Part shown: positions 33,211 to 47,249 of the stretch, in pieces
How the letters are laid out: each line of letters begins with the position of its first letter
Position numbering within the stretch: the first letter of the stretch is position 1
Source: Octopus vulgaris
Lineage: Eukaryota
Assembly (NCBI GenBank): GCA_951406725.2
Contig: OX597836.1
Coordinates: forward strand, 23,188,001 to 23,252,000
Direction: 5' to 3'
Length of the DNA stretch: 64,000 nucleotides
Made by a program: the position numbers and the translations under genes
Notes under the pieces: generated by a model
What the model saw: the letters and a program-made list of their open reading frames with translations, nothing else
Told to the model about the DNA's origin: nothing
Database searches by the model: none

Positions 33211-33667
33211 GATGTTAATACGGCTTGTTGCTTATTTTTGTGATTGCCTGCAGAAATCTCAGAGTAAATAGATTAGATTTGTTATAAACGCGATCAAATT
33301 CAGTCGAGCTGATAAAATGTGCTTTTGTGAATGAAAGGTTGTTCTGAGGCGGCTTATTCATTCACAGCTCGTACTTACGTGTTTGAAAATCACTAACACG
33401 ACAATTCACAGATTTCATTGATTTTTTATCAAATAAATTCATTCAAAATTATTTACCACCACCGGTACGTATGTTCTGGTAGTCTGTCTTTCTCCTGTTT
33501 CCTTATCTCTAATCTTGTGTCTACTCACACTAGCTGAGTCTGCTAGTGTGAGTGTATGTGCGTGCATGTGTGAATGTGTGTGTGTGTGTGTGTACGTGTA
33601 TATGTATATACATTAATACACACACACATGTTTTACGTAGGCTAGTATACACCACACTTACATACAC

Positions 33668-33739
<72 letters not shown>

Positions 33740-33849
33740 AATAATAAAAGGGTAAAATTAATCAATTATTAATTAATAATTTTACCAAGTAGTGTTCAGT
33801 ATGTAAAAATACCATTTACGGTATATTTCGTTATATATTTAGGGTTCAG

Positions 33850-33930
33850 TAAAAAAATTTACTTTACCACACACCGAACTTTTAGAAATAGCAGCCAAAA
33901 ATTTTGGTATTTCCTCTACTATAAGAAAAG
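33850..33930. repeat. Dispersed repeat shared with 37980-38070
   Basis: ACTTTACCACACACCGAACTTTT(C)AGAAATAGCAGCCAAAAATTT in both copies, each next to (TA)n. Confidence 0.7.
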
Positions 33931-34041
33931 TCTCCCAGACAATGTATACTGAAAACAATTCACGTAGGTATAGAGGGAAAAATACGAAAGATCACACGTA
34001 TCGATTATTATGTAATATATATGTATATATATATATGTATG

Positions 34042-34120
<79 letters not shown>

Positions 34121-34155
34121 ATATATATGTATATATATATATGTATATATATATG

Positions 34156-34187
<32 letters not shown>

Positions 34188-34493
34188 GCTTTATAATTTT
34201 ATGAACTGAACCATGGTTTTAATTATTATTTTTCATCTCCCTATGTGTTAGTTTTTTAAAACTATTAGCCAAATATGTATAATAACTGTGCTTATTAATA
34301 TTAATATATACACTGATATATATTTTGTTTTATTTTGTTTTGTTTACCTTGCATTATTGTACCAATGAGTAGTATATTATATAAGTGTAGCATTATGAAG
34401 TTTATGCATAAGTTTTTATATTTTACATTTTTATATTTTTATATTTATATGTATATGGAAAAATAATTTTTTCACAATTATAACAAAATTAAT

Positions 34494-34602
34494 TCTCTGA
34501 AGAGGCCGTGGGGATCCTTGTTAATGCCTCATTTATACCTGCCTTTATGGCTTATAAGTTAAATGAGGTATGACTGCCCTCGCTGCCGAAACAGCTGTCA
34601 GA
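34494..34602 (+). ncRNA. Type I hammerhead ribozyme with extended stem II
   Basis: TCT-CTGAAGA-GGC[78 nt]GCC-GAAA-CAGCTG-TC-AGA: stem I TCT/AGA, intact CUGANGA and GAAA cores, palindromic stem III, GUC cleavage triplet. Confidence 0.7.
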
Positions 34603-36146
34603 TATGATTTAATTACATATTATATTTGAAATTTTATACTTATATCTCTTTGTCTATTTACATTTACTGTATATTTTGTATAATGCCTTTACTGATATGT
34701 AATGGTGTAATAAAGTAATGTTTGGGTATCATCTGATAGTTGATGTTTTATTGATTTAAGTATGTTTCTCCATTTTCTAATTTTGTATATATATATATAT
34801 ATGTATACATAAATATATATATATATATATATGCATATGTGTATGTGTGTGTGTTTGTATGGATACATATATGTAAAGTCCTGGTTATGACTTTGAACCC
34901 CATCCAGTAGAGTGGTTCTGGTTCGTGAGTTCCACGGTTTTGAGGAGTGTGGAACCATCTCTTGACCATTATTGCCCCCAGGATTACTCTGACCCTGAGT
35001 AGTAGCATCTGTCAGGGTCTCAGGTATGGGTTAACAAGCTAGCATATGTGATAACGATCCATCTGAGCGCGGGCACTCAAAAATACCGTTGGTTGGTGTG
35101 AGGGCGCGTAGTAAAACCAGCTGGAGTGAGGAGACCCTAGCTTTTGTCACAGCATCCTTCTGATGTAAAACCTGCAGCTTCACGTGATTGCTTGTCATCT
35201 CTCCTAATCACAGAAACTCAGGACGTGGTACTGTTGTGGAAGGATTCCAATCAGCCCCTGGTGACTGAACGGGGACCGAAACGTTTCTATTAAATAGACA
35301 ATTGTCAGGCGTTTGATTTGGTAACAGTTCACGGTGAGCCTTTGATACAGAGCGTTGAGTCTCGTGTAATAGTAATAGTAGTGCGTCGTGTATATACTTT
35401 CTTCCTCCCTGCTTCGTTATATTATACATCACAATACAAGGATACAAAAGGTGCTCGTGTTGAACAAGCGCTCATCATCATTATAATTCAATGACATACA
35501 GATGTCTCTTTATGGTGACCTCATTTTCCATCCTGAAAATCCTATGTGGTGACGTGTGCAGACCTAACCAACTTTCGCCTGTCACCCATGCTTCAAATCA
35601 TGCAGATCTGCAACGGGACTAAATAATCATTTGAGCGGTCATGGATGGAAAGTCACGAATGATATTGATCACGAGGAAACACAATGAAGCAGTAATTATC
35701 TGTGAGATGGAACACTATGTAAGTGTGTAATCCAAAGTGATTTCTTTGCGATAGTCAGTAAGTTTTGGTTGCCCCGAGGAAGGAAAAAGTATAAATTTTC
35801 GGCCATGACGGAGTGGTCGATGGAAAACAAAGCGAATGAATAGCTTTAAGTGGTGGCAGGAAATAGAAGAGGAGGGAAGAATCAGTGAATGATATGTAGA
35901 GTGAGGACAGCTTTGTAGGGGCGGGGGAGGGGGGGGGGGAGAGAAGGATGGCTCAAAGAGGAGCGGCGTTCGAAATGTATTACAAATGTAACATTTTTAT
36001 CAAAAGATATTAAAAATTAAAATTCCCAAAAATGTATTGCTCATAATGAATTGAGTCAAAGGTTACGTAGAGGATGATGACAAACTGGTGCAATAGTTTA
36101 CGACTTTCGCGTTTCGGTTATAGAAACACGCTCGCACGACGCGCGC

Positions 36147-36177
<31 letters not shown>

Positions 36178-36990
36178 AATCACTTCGTGTTGACGACAAA
36201 TGTTAAGATACATCGAAATTCTATCGGTTGACGGAATTTCAATGGTACCGGGTGATGGCGTAATTACATCACGGGATTTCATGGTATTGCGAATCATCAG
36301 TGACAGCTAGCTAATCACTGAATGCCAGCAGGCCGAAAATCAGTCAAATCGATATAGAATAACATTGGACAAACAACCAGTGAAGTCGCGAAAAGCTGAC
36401 GAGCGCTGCGTATAAATTAGCTCTTAGCAACAGAAATGGCATTTGTAATAAATATTAATTTGCCTATCCAACCCAATATAGCTATATCGTTTATAACGTC
36501 GTAGACTGCGGTGAATGACATTGGCCAGCATTATTCTTTATCGGTTTGAGTGATTTTTTTGACTATGCATTCAATACTCGGCTAGCTTCCACTGATGATT
36601 TCACCGCTGGTGCTAACGAAATTTTGACAACCGTTAGAATTTCGATGCTTCTTAGCATTTGTTGTCTACACGAAATGATATCTTGGGACGTTCACCGCTG
36701 TCAACGGCGTTATAAACAGCATATCCAAGCCAGTTTTGATGTACTTATTAATATTCGTTATAAAGGCTGCTTCTGCCGCGCTAATATATATATATTTTTC
36801 TCTTCTTGTTTCTTTTCTGTGTAATTTTCTGTCGAAGAGAGTAGGCTCGAAACGTAAAATACTTGTTCTATTTCTATTCCTGAGCGCCATACTAATACAT
36901 TTGTTTGTTTGTACTCCACCTGCCTTCGTCTTTTGTTTATTTTCGTAAACCTTCCCGTTATATATATTTTGAAACTGACTTATTGGAAGT

Positions 36991-37033
36991 CCACCTGAAG
37001 ATTGTCGATCAAGACAAGAAACAATTGTAGTGG
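36991..37033 (+). ncRNA. Minimal type I hammerhead ribozyme (Penelope type)
   Basis: CCAC-CTGAAGA-TTGTC-GATCAA-GACAA-GAAA-CAATTG-TA-GTGG: all three stems pair, the core is intact, and the cleavage triplet is GUA. Confidence 0.85.
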
Positions 37034-37217
37034 CGGTTTTTTTGACTATTTATTAAAATTTTATGTATTGATTAAGTCTTTCCTTGTTTGTTTTGCAAAA
37101 TAGTGGTTTTGTCTCTAATAATATTTTATAATATTTTACTATAAAATTGGATTTAATCCTAAATCTGATTTTTTCCCTGTAAATTTGGATTTATTCCCTA
37201 ATATTTATTATTATATA

Positions 37218-37319
<102 letters not shown>

Positions 37320-37903
37320 TCTCGGTTGGTTCACCAGCGGCGATAAATAACAGAACTCAGTACAAATGTAGAGTATACTTTGATACGTTATAATTGAAAG
37401 GCACCGATTTCCAGTAATCCGAGTTGCTCGTTTCCGATTATCAGCTGGTAAACCAAGCCACACTTTCTTTTGAATATTCACTATCTGAAAATGTTTTGAA
37501 ATATGTAATGAAATGAAAGCTTATAGAAAACACTCGTTGTTATGTTCTTTTGTTTAAAATTGCTTTGTGAACGAACGTGCGAAGATGGCTGCTTCAAGCT
37601 CACGTTTTTGATCTTATTTCTGGTTCTCGTGGAAATGTTTATTATAAAAAGCTCACAAACTCCATTCAGTGAAAGTCATGAAATTGCGTTGCCGCTTAAG
37701 CAATGTTTCAAAATAATACTTTTAAGTAATACTTTCAATTAAATCTTTTAATTAATGTTTTTTTAAAAACAATGAGTGTGTATGCGGGTGTTCATTTTGC
37801 ATGCGCATGCGCAGACGTATATATGTACGCTCTTAGATATGCATATATGCGCATACATGCTAAAACTTATATCAATAAAACCTATTATTAAACGTTTCGA
37901 ACC

Positions 37904-37966
<63 letters not shown>

Positions 37967-38137
37967 AAAAATATGGTAAAGTAAAAAAATTCACTTTACC
38001 ACACACCGAACTTTTCAGAAATAGCAGCCAAAAATTTGGCTATTTCTTCAACTGCAAATAAAAGTCTGCAAATAAAATATATATATATATATATACACAC
38101 ACACATGTATGTGCGTATGGACGTACATGTGTGTGTG

Positions 38138-38170
<33 letters not shown>

Positions 38171-38181
38171 TATGGTTAATC

Positions 38182-38556
38182 GTTTACTTGTTTCAGGCAT
38201 TAGACTACGGCCATGCTGGAGCACCGCCTTAAACAGTTTAGTCGAAAAAATCGACCCCAGGACTTATTTTTTAAAAAAAAGTATGGTACTTATTCCATCT
38301 TTCTCTTTTGCCAAGTTGCTAAGTTACCAGAACGTAAATAAACCAACACGGTTGTCAAGCGGTGGTGGTGGGGGACTCACACACGCACAAAGATGTACAT
38401 ACATATACGACGAGCTTCCTCATAGTTTCCGACTACCGAATTCACTTATAAAGCATTGGTCAGTCCGGGGGTATAGCAGAGAATATGCCCTAAGTGCTAC
38501 GCAGTGGAACCCCTTGATTGCAAAGCGAGATTCCTTACCACACGGCCATGTCTGCG
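38182..38556 (-). mobile_element. Diverged CORE-type SINE
   Basis: TTTACTTGTTTCAG...GGCCATGCTGGAGCACCGCC...ATCGACCCCAGGACTTAT, as in the 6424 copy. Confidence 0.7.
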
Positions 38557-39011
38557 TCTATACACACACAAACACACCCGAATACACACACGCGCGCACC
38601 AGTGCCTGCGTGCACACGCACCAGTACCTGCGTGCACACGCACCAGCGCCTGCGTGCACACGCACATCATTCTTAAGTCCAGTATAATAATTGTTCCAAA
38701 GATTGGTAGAAGGATAGCGATTTCTAGAGGAGGCGTTGGCCGTGTACATCGACCGGGGTACGCGACTGGTACTTTATATATCAACTTCGAAAGGACGAAA
38801 GGCAAAGTTGGATTTGCTTTGAACTCAGAACATCAAGGCAGATATAGGGCACGGGGTTTCTTCTGTCACCCTCATGATTCCATCAGACGACCGAGTTTGT
38901 TTCTAAACATTTATAGGGAAGACGTGAGAAAGGAGAGGATTTCTGAGGGTTCTGAGAAGTGGTTAGCCAATGTTTGGAAAGGTGTCTCCTTAGATGCGGT
39001 CTCGAGGTTTT

Positions 39012-39013
<2 letters not shown>

Positions 39014-39103
<90 letters not shown>

Positions 39104-39186
39104 CTTTATTCACCATAAGGTTGAGAAAAAGAGGGGACATAACAAACGTTGGGGTCAGGGTGAGAGAGAGAGAGAGAGAGAGAAAC

Positions 39187-39229
<43 letters not shown>

Positions 39230-39250
39230 GAGAGAGAGAGGGGGGGAGAG
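39014..39250. repeat. Two (GA)n microsatellites
   Basis: Direct inspection. Confidence 0.95.
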
Positions 39251-40178
39251 AATGACAAGAATTTGAAAGTAAGCAAAACAGGCTCGGTTGAGAGGATAAG
39301 GATAAGCCACGACCACAAAATTAGGATTAGTTTTGGTCATTTTCAAAATGAAAGCAGTTTAAGAAAGGTGGAATGTTTTTTTGAATGTAACGAGGAAGTC
39401 CGCACCTTGTTTTCTTACCTGCCGAGTGGGAAATAATTTGATAAGTGAGACTACTTGAAGTTAGAATCAATGTTTTTTGTTGTCGTTGTTTTGTGTCCTC
39501 AGGCTGGCCGCGATCGAATTTTCTGACATATGAGACACGGGTCGCCGACCGAACGACGAGGTATAACATAACACGCATTCATCTTTTCAGTGACATTATA
39601 ACTCCACCTAATTAACAACAATACTTCCCACTCAAACATGCAACGAATATATTATGTTGGGTGTAGAATGAAAGTCTGGATATGTTGCCCCCTTCCCCGT
39701 CTGTCGTTACGTTCTGAGTTCAAATTCCGCCGAGGTCAACTTTGCCTTTCATCCTTAAGGGGTCGATAAATTAAGTACCAGTTTCGCACTGGGATCGATG
39801 TAATCGACTTAATCTCTCTCTCTCACTTCACTGCCAAGACTATTTCTATATACCAGTAGATCCTGGTGTTGCCAGAGCGGAGGCAGATCAAGTTGACTCC
39901 ATCAAAACACAGCAGTTACATAGGCTTGTAAACAGGAAGTGTAGGAGGAGCAAGCGGACCCCTTTAATTTTTTTGAGGCAATGAAAATGCTTTGAACATC
40001 CTGGGCTGGATCTAGGTTTGTATCCCCTAACACATTTCGTTCCCGCTCTTATGAACTGTTACAGTTCTTTTGTACTCAGTATTGGTTGGTGTGCATCTCA
40101 GCACAATGTTTGGGGGGGGACGGAGGGGCGGGTTTAGGCAAATAACTGGTGATGCAGCTATTTCTGTGTGGATGCTAA

Positions 40179-40708
40179 GGCGGCGAGCTGGCAGAAACGT
40201 TAACACGCCGAGCGAAATGCGTAGCTGTATTTCGTCTGCCGTTACGTTCTGAGTTCAAATTCCGCCGAGGTCGATTTTGCCTTTCATCCTTTCGGGGTCG
40301 ATAAATAAAGTACCAGTTTCGCACTAGGATCGATGTAATCGACTTAATCCCTTTGTCCTTGTTTGTCCCCTCTATGTTTAGCCCCTTGTGGGCAGTAAAG
40401 AAATATATTTCTGTGTGGATGTTTGTCCAGGGATGAGTGTTTCTAAGTTATTGTTCCTGTAGTAACATTATGAGCAGGCGGCGTGATGGCAGAAACGTTA
40501 GCACGGCGGGCGAAATGCGTAGCTGTATTTCGTCTGCCGTTACGTTCTGAGTTCAAATTCCGCCGAGGTCGATTTTGCCTTTCATCCTTTCGGGGTCGAT
40601 AAATTAAGTACCAGTTACGCACTGGAGTCGATATAATCGACTTAATCCGTTTGTCTGTCCTTGTTTGTCCTCTCTGTGTTTAGCCCCTTGTGGGTAGTAA
40701 AGAAATAG
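40179..40708 (+). mobile_element. Two adjacent SINE family B copies (40179-40405 and 40477-40708); partial copy at 39697-39812
   Basis: The first copy has a 16-bp TSD TATTTCTGTGTGGATG. Both have head, B box and tail. Confidence 0.9.
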
Positions 40709-41809
40709 ATATGATGAGATGTGTCTGGATGAGTGGGTTTTCATGTCGTGACAGGAATGTAAGGACTAAAGCTTGTTATGGCAACAAGTCACGCTATTCA
40801 CGTGACCAGGCGGTCTTCTATCGTTAGTATTTTTATTTCGTTATATATATGGACTGTGAGTGATGTCTATGTACGAACCATTGTGACCTATAATGCACTG
40901 CTTTATGTACTTTGTCCTTTATTGTGGTTTGTTGTGTAGAGATTGGGGTCCGGGTAAAACTAGTGTAGGCAATGACGGCCCTAATGTATTGCTTTTTTTT
41001 TTGTAACTTTCTTGCGATTTCTTTCTGTTGAACAAATGTAGTAACGCCATGAATACTCTAAATATGTTGGCTGGTCAGTTAACTCCCTTTTCTGTACCTC
41101 TCATGTGTATTGGAAATATCGAGAAAGAATTGTATGTAACTCCTTGCATATTTTTTGTGTTTGGCTGTGTTAATGTTGTGACGGTTTGTTGTATTTGGTG
41201 TTTGTTGTGTTAGGCGTTGCTAGTAAAGAAGGAAACGGTGCATCTTGTAGACGGTACTTCAATTCTGTTGTTGTTCATTTGGACTGGTGGAGTTGCGCAG
41301 TAGTTCCTGGAGAATGGTGGGAGGAAGCGATTGCGCCATCTGTGTATGAATCTGACTTGTTTTGTGAAAGTGTGGGAAGATTATGTTGGTGTAGAGGAAT
41401 TTCAGAATTGTTATAATTTTGCCCTGCTTCCATATTTGAGGAATTTGACAGTGTTAGCACAAGTAGTTGTAGAGGTTGAGTGGGCAGTGTGTGTGTGTGT
41501 GAGTGTGCGTTAGAGAGATAGAAAGAGAGAGATAGAAAGAGAGATAGAAAGAGAAAGAAATAAGATGATAGTGAAGAATAGAGAGGGGAGAGGAGAAAGA
41601 GGTACAAAAGAAGGAAGAGGGAGGAACAAGGGGCAAGTCGGACAACTACGGACAGAGCATGAGATAACCAACAATACCAGGGAATGACTAAAGGAATACA
41701 CACGCACTCACAAACACAGACACACACACACACACACACACGCGCGCGCGCTCAATAATAACAACAGTTAATAATAAAGCCAAACTCAGATTTTAAAAAG
41801 GATGTAGCA

Positions 41810-42856
<1,047 letters not shown>

Positions 42857-43950
42857 CTGTGTATGCGGTGAAACGAGGGAAGGTTGCGGTCAAGGTGACG
42901 TTATGCGAGCTAGAAACGGCACGATTTATCGGTCTATGAAGGAAAATCCGAATATTGATGCAGAGCCGAGGGAGTCAAAGAAATTTTTAGAAGAGGAGGG
43001 AAGTTTTAATGCGATTGGGTGGGGTGAAAAATGTCGGAAAGTGGAAATACGAGCAACAGAAGTGTCGGAGACGGAAGACGAGAATTACAAAATGGAGTTC
43101 AAAGGGTAAATATAAGAAATTAAGACAGCGAGTTACTTCTTGGTGTGTAGCGTTGCACTAATATAGGGGGTCAATATAATAGCCATACATTTCTGGGTGA
43201 ATTAATAAAAAAATCTAGGCCTCGATATAACCTATGAAGGGATCCATTTTGTTAGCCAAAATTTTATTTCTGGGTTGCTTATGGAACTCAAGGAGAAGGG
43301 AGAAGCAATCCAGAAGTCAAAAATGAGCATTCTGTACCGGTGTAAAGATTTCAAGTTACCCCCACCCACTTCAAGCTACCTCTCGGTAATCTGAAACCGC
43401 TTTCAAATTGCCCCTGCGCTGTTCACATTACCCCCTCAATGATTTTGTTAAAATAATAAATTCTAAAACTTACAACTACTGACATTTTTATGACATTAAA
43501 CACGGATTACATTCAAGATTGTAAACTAATCTTAAAATATGAAAATAAGACAAAATTATTAGATTTTTTTAAAACACTTTGATGATACACTAAAAAAAAA
43601 AAAACATGTCGGATATTAGAGATCCTATGTTTGCAATTTTTTTAAAATAAAAACATTTTTTTTCTTTGTTAACGAGAAAGTAGTTTGGATAAGAGTACAT
43701 TTTTTTTTGTAGATCTGTCGCAGATGGATGTTGATAATAGTCGACTGAATTGAGTTGACAGAATGTAACGATAAATGATTGATTTGAAGAGGGATATTGT
43801 TTTATATACAAACCAAAATTTATTTATACACTTTAAGTTGGTAACGAAATGTTTTTATATAAATTAAAACATCACTGCAGTTCCTTTTTTTTTACAGTTT
43901 GGAGCTTGGGTATCTTGATTTTCGTAATTTACTTTTTGTTTTTTACTTGC

Positions 43951-44965
43951 TCAATATATCGAGGGAGGTTGGTAGCATTTCTTTTTTTTTTCTGGAACTT
44001 TATTGTTATTTGAAAGTTGATAGGTATTTTTGTCACTAACTTCTGCAACAGTGTAAGGACCTGTGTGGTGTTCCGTAAAATGTTCTCCCTTTTTGTCCCC
44101 TCGAATTAGGTTTTTGAGCAGGACTTTATTTCTTATACTGAATTGCTGTTGATCGTGTTTTCTGTCGTATTGTTCTTTTTGAACGGACTGAGCTATTCTA
44201 ACTCGAGAAATCACACTGTCCCGAATAGCTGTCATAGCATCAATTTTCTCTGGATATAGATTATTTCCAAAAGTGTTCCGATCTTTGGCAGTTGGTTTGT
44301 GCTGTAGTTCAACTGTAAGTGCAGCTTGCCTGTTGTATAAAATTTGAAACAGGGGTAAAATGTGTTGAAGAATGTGTGGCTGTTCGATATGCAAACAGAA
44401 CTGCTAGTAAGTATTCAATGCAGTTGCCACGGTCCTCAAGGGATTTGATAAAAGCATCTTTTATAGTGCGATTCTGTTGCTCCACGAGGCCATTTGCCTG
44501 AGGGTGATAAGCACTTGTTATGTGCTGCTGTGTTCCTGTCAGTTTATGTAGTTCTGCAGACACTCTATTCACGAATTCTCTTCCCTAGTCATTTATCTGA
44601 ATTTTTATACAGCCATGCCGACAAAAAGAAACTTTCCCACACTTTCCGCAGTGTGATCTTTCAAAGGTCGAACCTTTGGCCATTTGGGAAAGTAATCCAT
44701 TGCAACAACAATGCAACAATAACCATCATCTGTTTCCGGCAGATATCGACACCAATTTGGGCCATCACTTCATTTGGTACAGGAACAGAATGAAGTTCTC
44801 CAACATTAATTTTGTGAACAGGGTTCACTTTTTGATACCGATCACAAGACAAAACGAATATTTTTGTGTTTTTGCCCACATTTTCCCTATAAAACCTCTA
44901 CTAATATGTTAGCCCTTGTTCTGTCGACACCAAAATGATTTCCCAAGCATCAGGCAGTATTATTA
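43951..44965 (-). pseudogene. Frameshifted Gypsy-type DDE integrase (Ginger/GIN-like or LTR-element remnant)
   Basis: HFGVDRTR...CDRYQKVN...LHSVPVPNEVMAQIGVDI...DYFPKW...GREFVNRV...TSAYHPQANGLVEQQNRTIK...VLFAYRT..HSST.FTP...QKEQYD...VLLKN...GPYTV, spread over several frames. Confidence 0.85.
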
Positions 44966-45895
44966 TCTCTACAGCCCATGGGAATACTTGAAATAATACT
45001 GTTTTGTTAATCTGAATGGGAGGTAATCTGAAATCGCTATACCGGTGCTGCGATTGTGATCGACAAATAAGACACTTAGCTGTTGACGATCATAGAATTT
45101 TGCTCTAAGCTGGTTCTTGCAAGATGGTGTAACAATCTTCACTGCCGTCTCATCTGAATGAATCATAATAATATTGGTTTCAAATTTTGGGGCAAGGCCA
45201 GCAATATTAGGGGAGGGAGTAACACAATTATGTCGACCCCAGTGTTTCACTGGTACTTATTTTATCGATCCCAAAAGGACGAAAGTGCAAAGTCGACCTC
45301 GGCAGAATTTGAACTCAGAACATAAAGACGGACGACGAAATGCCGCTGAGCATTTTACACGGCATGCTTGCGATTCTGCCATCTGGCCGTCTTATGAATC
45401 ATTATAATATTCAGACCCGGTCTTTAGTGGCGATCCAAAACGATAACATAATTGTGTGACTAAGCACCACAACAATTACAAGAGAAACAATATTATTGAT
45501 TGTTATAATCCGTGGGTATGGCACGATCAGTGACATTCTTGGACACTGGTGGGGAATGACGAAAATAGCCCAACAAAATTTATAAATAGCATAAAATGTC
45601 AACAAGTGGAACGAAAAACAGGACCTTTCCCCTTTTTCTACTCAATCTAGTGTTGTGTATGTGTGTGTAGGAGTGTTTGTTTATGAATGTCAGAAAGTTT
45701 CCCCCAAGCACACGAAGAACACTCAACTAGCAAAACGTCATGACTTACAAATGAAAAGCAATGTCTGGGCCACCGAGTGGGCACTTCCAGTACAATTTAA
45801 ATCGCTGTTGATTTTGTCGGTGAGTGCATAAGAAAGTCGGACGTTTCATTCTTAATGTCCTGATACATACATACATACATACATACATACATACA

Positions 45896-45927
<32 letters not shown>

Positions 45928-45941
45928 CATACACACACACA

Positions 45942-45981
<40 letters not shown>

Positions 45982-46142
45982 GATAGATTGTTAGCTCCTA
46001 CACGCATTTTTAAGTGGAGAGTTGGCGGTGGGGCTGCTGACCGTTGGTCTACGTCATGTGATGCATACACAACTGCACACCCACGCAAATACACGCACAC
46101 ACACTTCATACCCGTAGTATCAACATAAGTATTGTATATACC

Positions 46143-46373
46143 TATTTCTTTATTACCCACAAGGGGCTAAACACAGAGGGGACAAACAAGGACAGACATA
46201 GGTATTAAGTCGATTACTTCGACCCCAGTGCGTAACTGGTACTTAATTTATCAACCCCGAAAGGATGAAAGGCAAAGTCGACCTCAGCGGAATTTGAACT
46301 CACAACGTTGCGCCAGACGAAATACGGCTAAGCATTTCGCCCGGCGTGCTAACGTTTCTGCCAGCTCGCCGCC
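46143..46373 (-). mobile_element. SINE family B, full length
   Basis: 14-bp TSD GTATTGTATATACC. Confidence 0.9.
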
Positions 46374-46397
46374 TGTATTGTATATACCGCGTGGATG

Positions 46398-46640
46398 TAC
46401 GCACACGCATGCACGCGTACACGCGCACGCACGCGTACACACGCACGCACGCACGCACGTACACACGCACGCACGCACGCGTACACACGCACGCGTACAC
46501 ACGCACGCGTACACACGCACGCGTACACACGCACGCATGCACGCGTACGCACGCACGCATGCACGCGTACACACGCACGCATGCACGCGTACACACGCAC
46601 GCACGCACGCACGCACGAGTACACACGCACGCGCGCACAC
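46398..46640. repeat. Complex (CACG/CA)n repeat
   Basis: Direct inspection. Confidence 0.9.
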
Positions 46641-46896
46641 ATAAACACAGCTTACACGCCATGACTGAGCGCGTGTCTACAGTGTGTAGACAGCCCTTTG
46701 TAAGAATATACACAACTACGAGATCTTTGTGGTTTTCGTCACTGTTTACAATTATTCTTAAAAAAAAAACTGTTTTAATGTATCAAATAGAAGTAATTTT
46801 TGACGCTGAATCCGAATTTGTTCTTCATTTATTCCAGAAAAAACGTTGCAAAAAGGTTACAGGTATTCAAAGTTTGATAATTTTCAGAATTTTCAG

Positions 46897-47120
46897 CCAA
46901 TCAGATAATCGGTGGACGCACGCAGTTGTCGAGTGGTACCCGCGTGAGCGGAAAAGACCACCCGGAAGACCTCCACGACGGTGGAGTGACGATTTCAAGA
47001 GGACGATTGGGATCACGCGGATGAGAAAGGCGCGATCCAGAGAGGAGTGGACAGCGTGCTGTGACCAGCGATGTCAAATGGACGCCTAACGGACTGGTCG
47101 GTCAAAGTCATCAAAGTGAT
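46897..47120 (+). mobile_element. RTE LINE 3' fragment
   Basis: DNRWTHAVVEWYPRERKRPPGRPPRRWSDD...ARSREEW, a typical RTE ORF C-terminus; stop at 47089. Confidence 0.8.
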
Positions 47121-47180
47121 ATATGTACACATACCTATATAACTATGTGTCTTTATACATATACATACGTATATACACAA

Positions 47181-47249
<69 letters not shown>

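Noticed and set aside
35231-35435. Short solo LTR candidate (TGTTGTG...CACAATA)
   Set aside because: The ends are imperfect, with no TSD, PBS or PPT to support it.
39830-41450. Possible degraded LINE on the minus strand (IMLLQE near 40460)
   Set aside because: Only one short endonuclease-like motif amid many stops; insufficient without an alignment.
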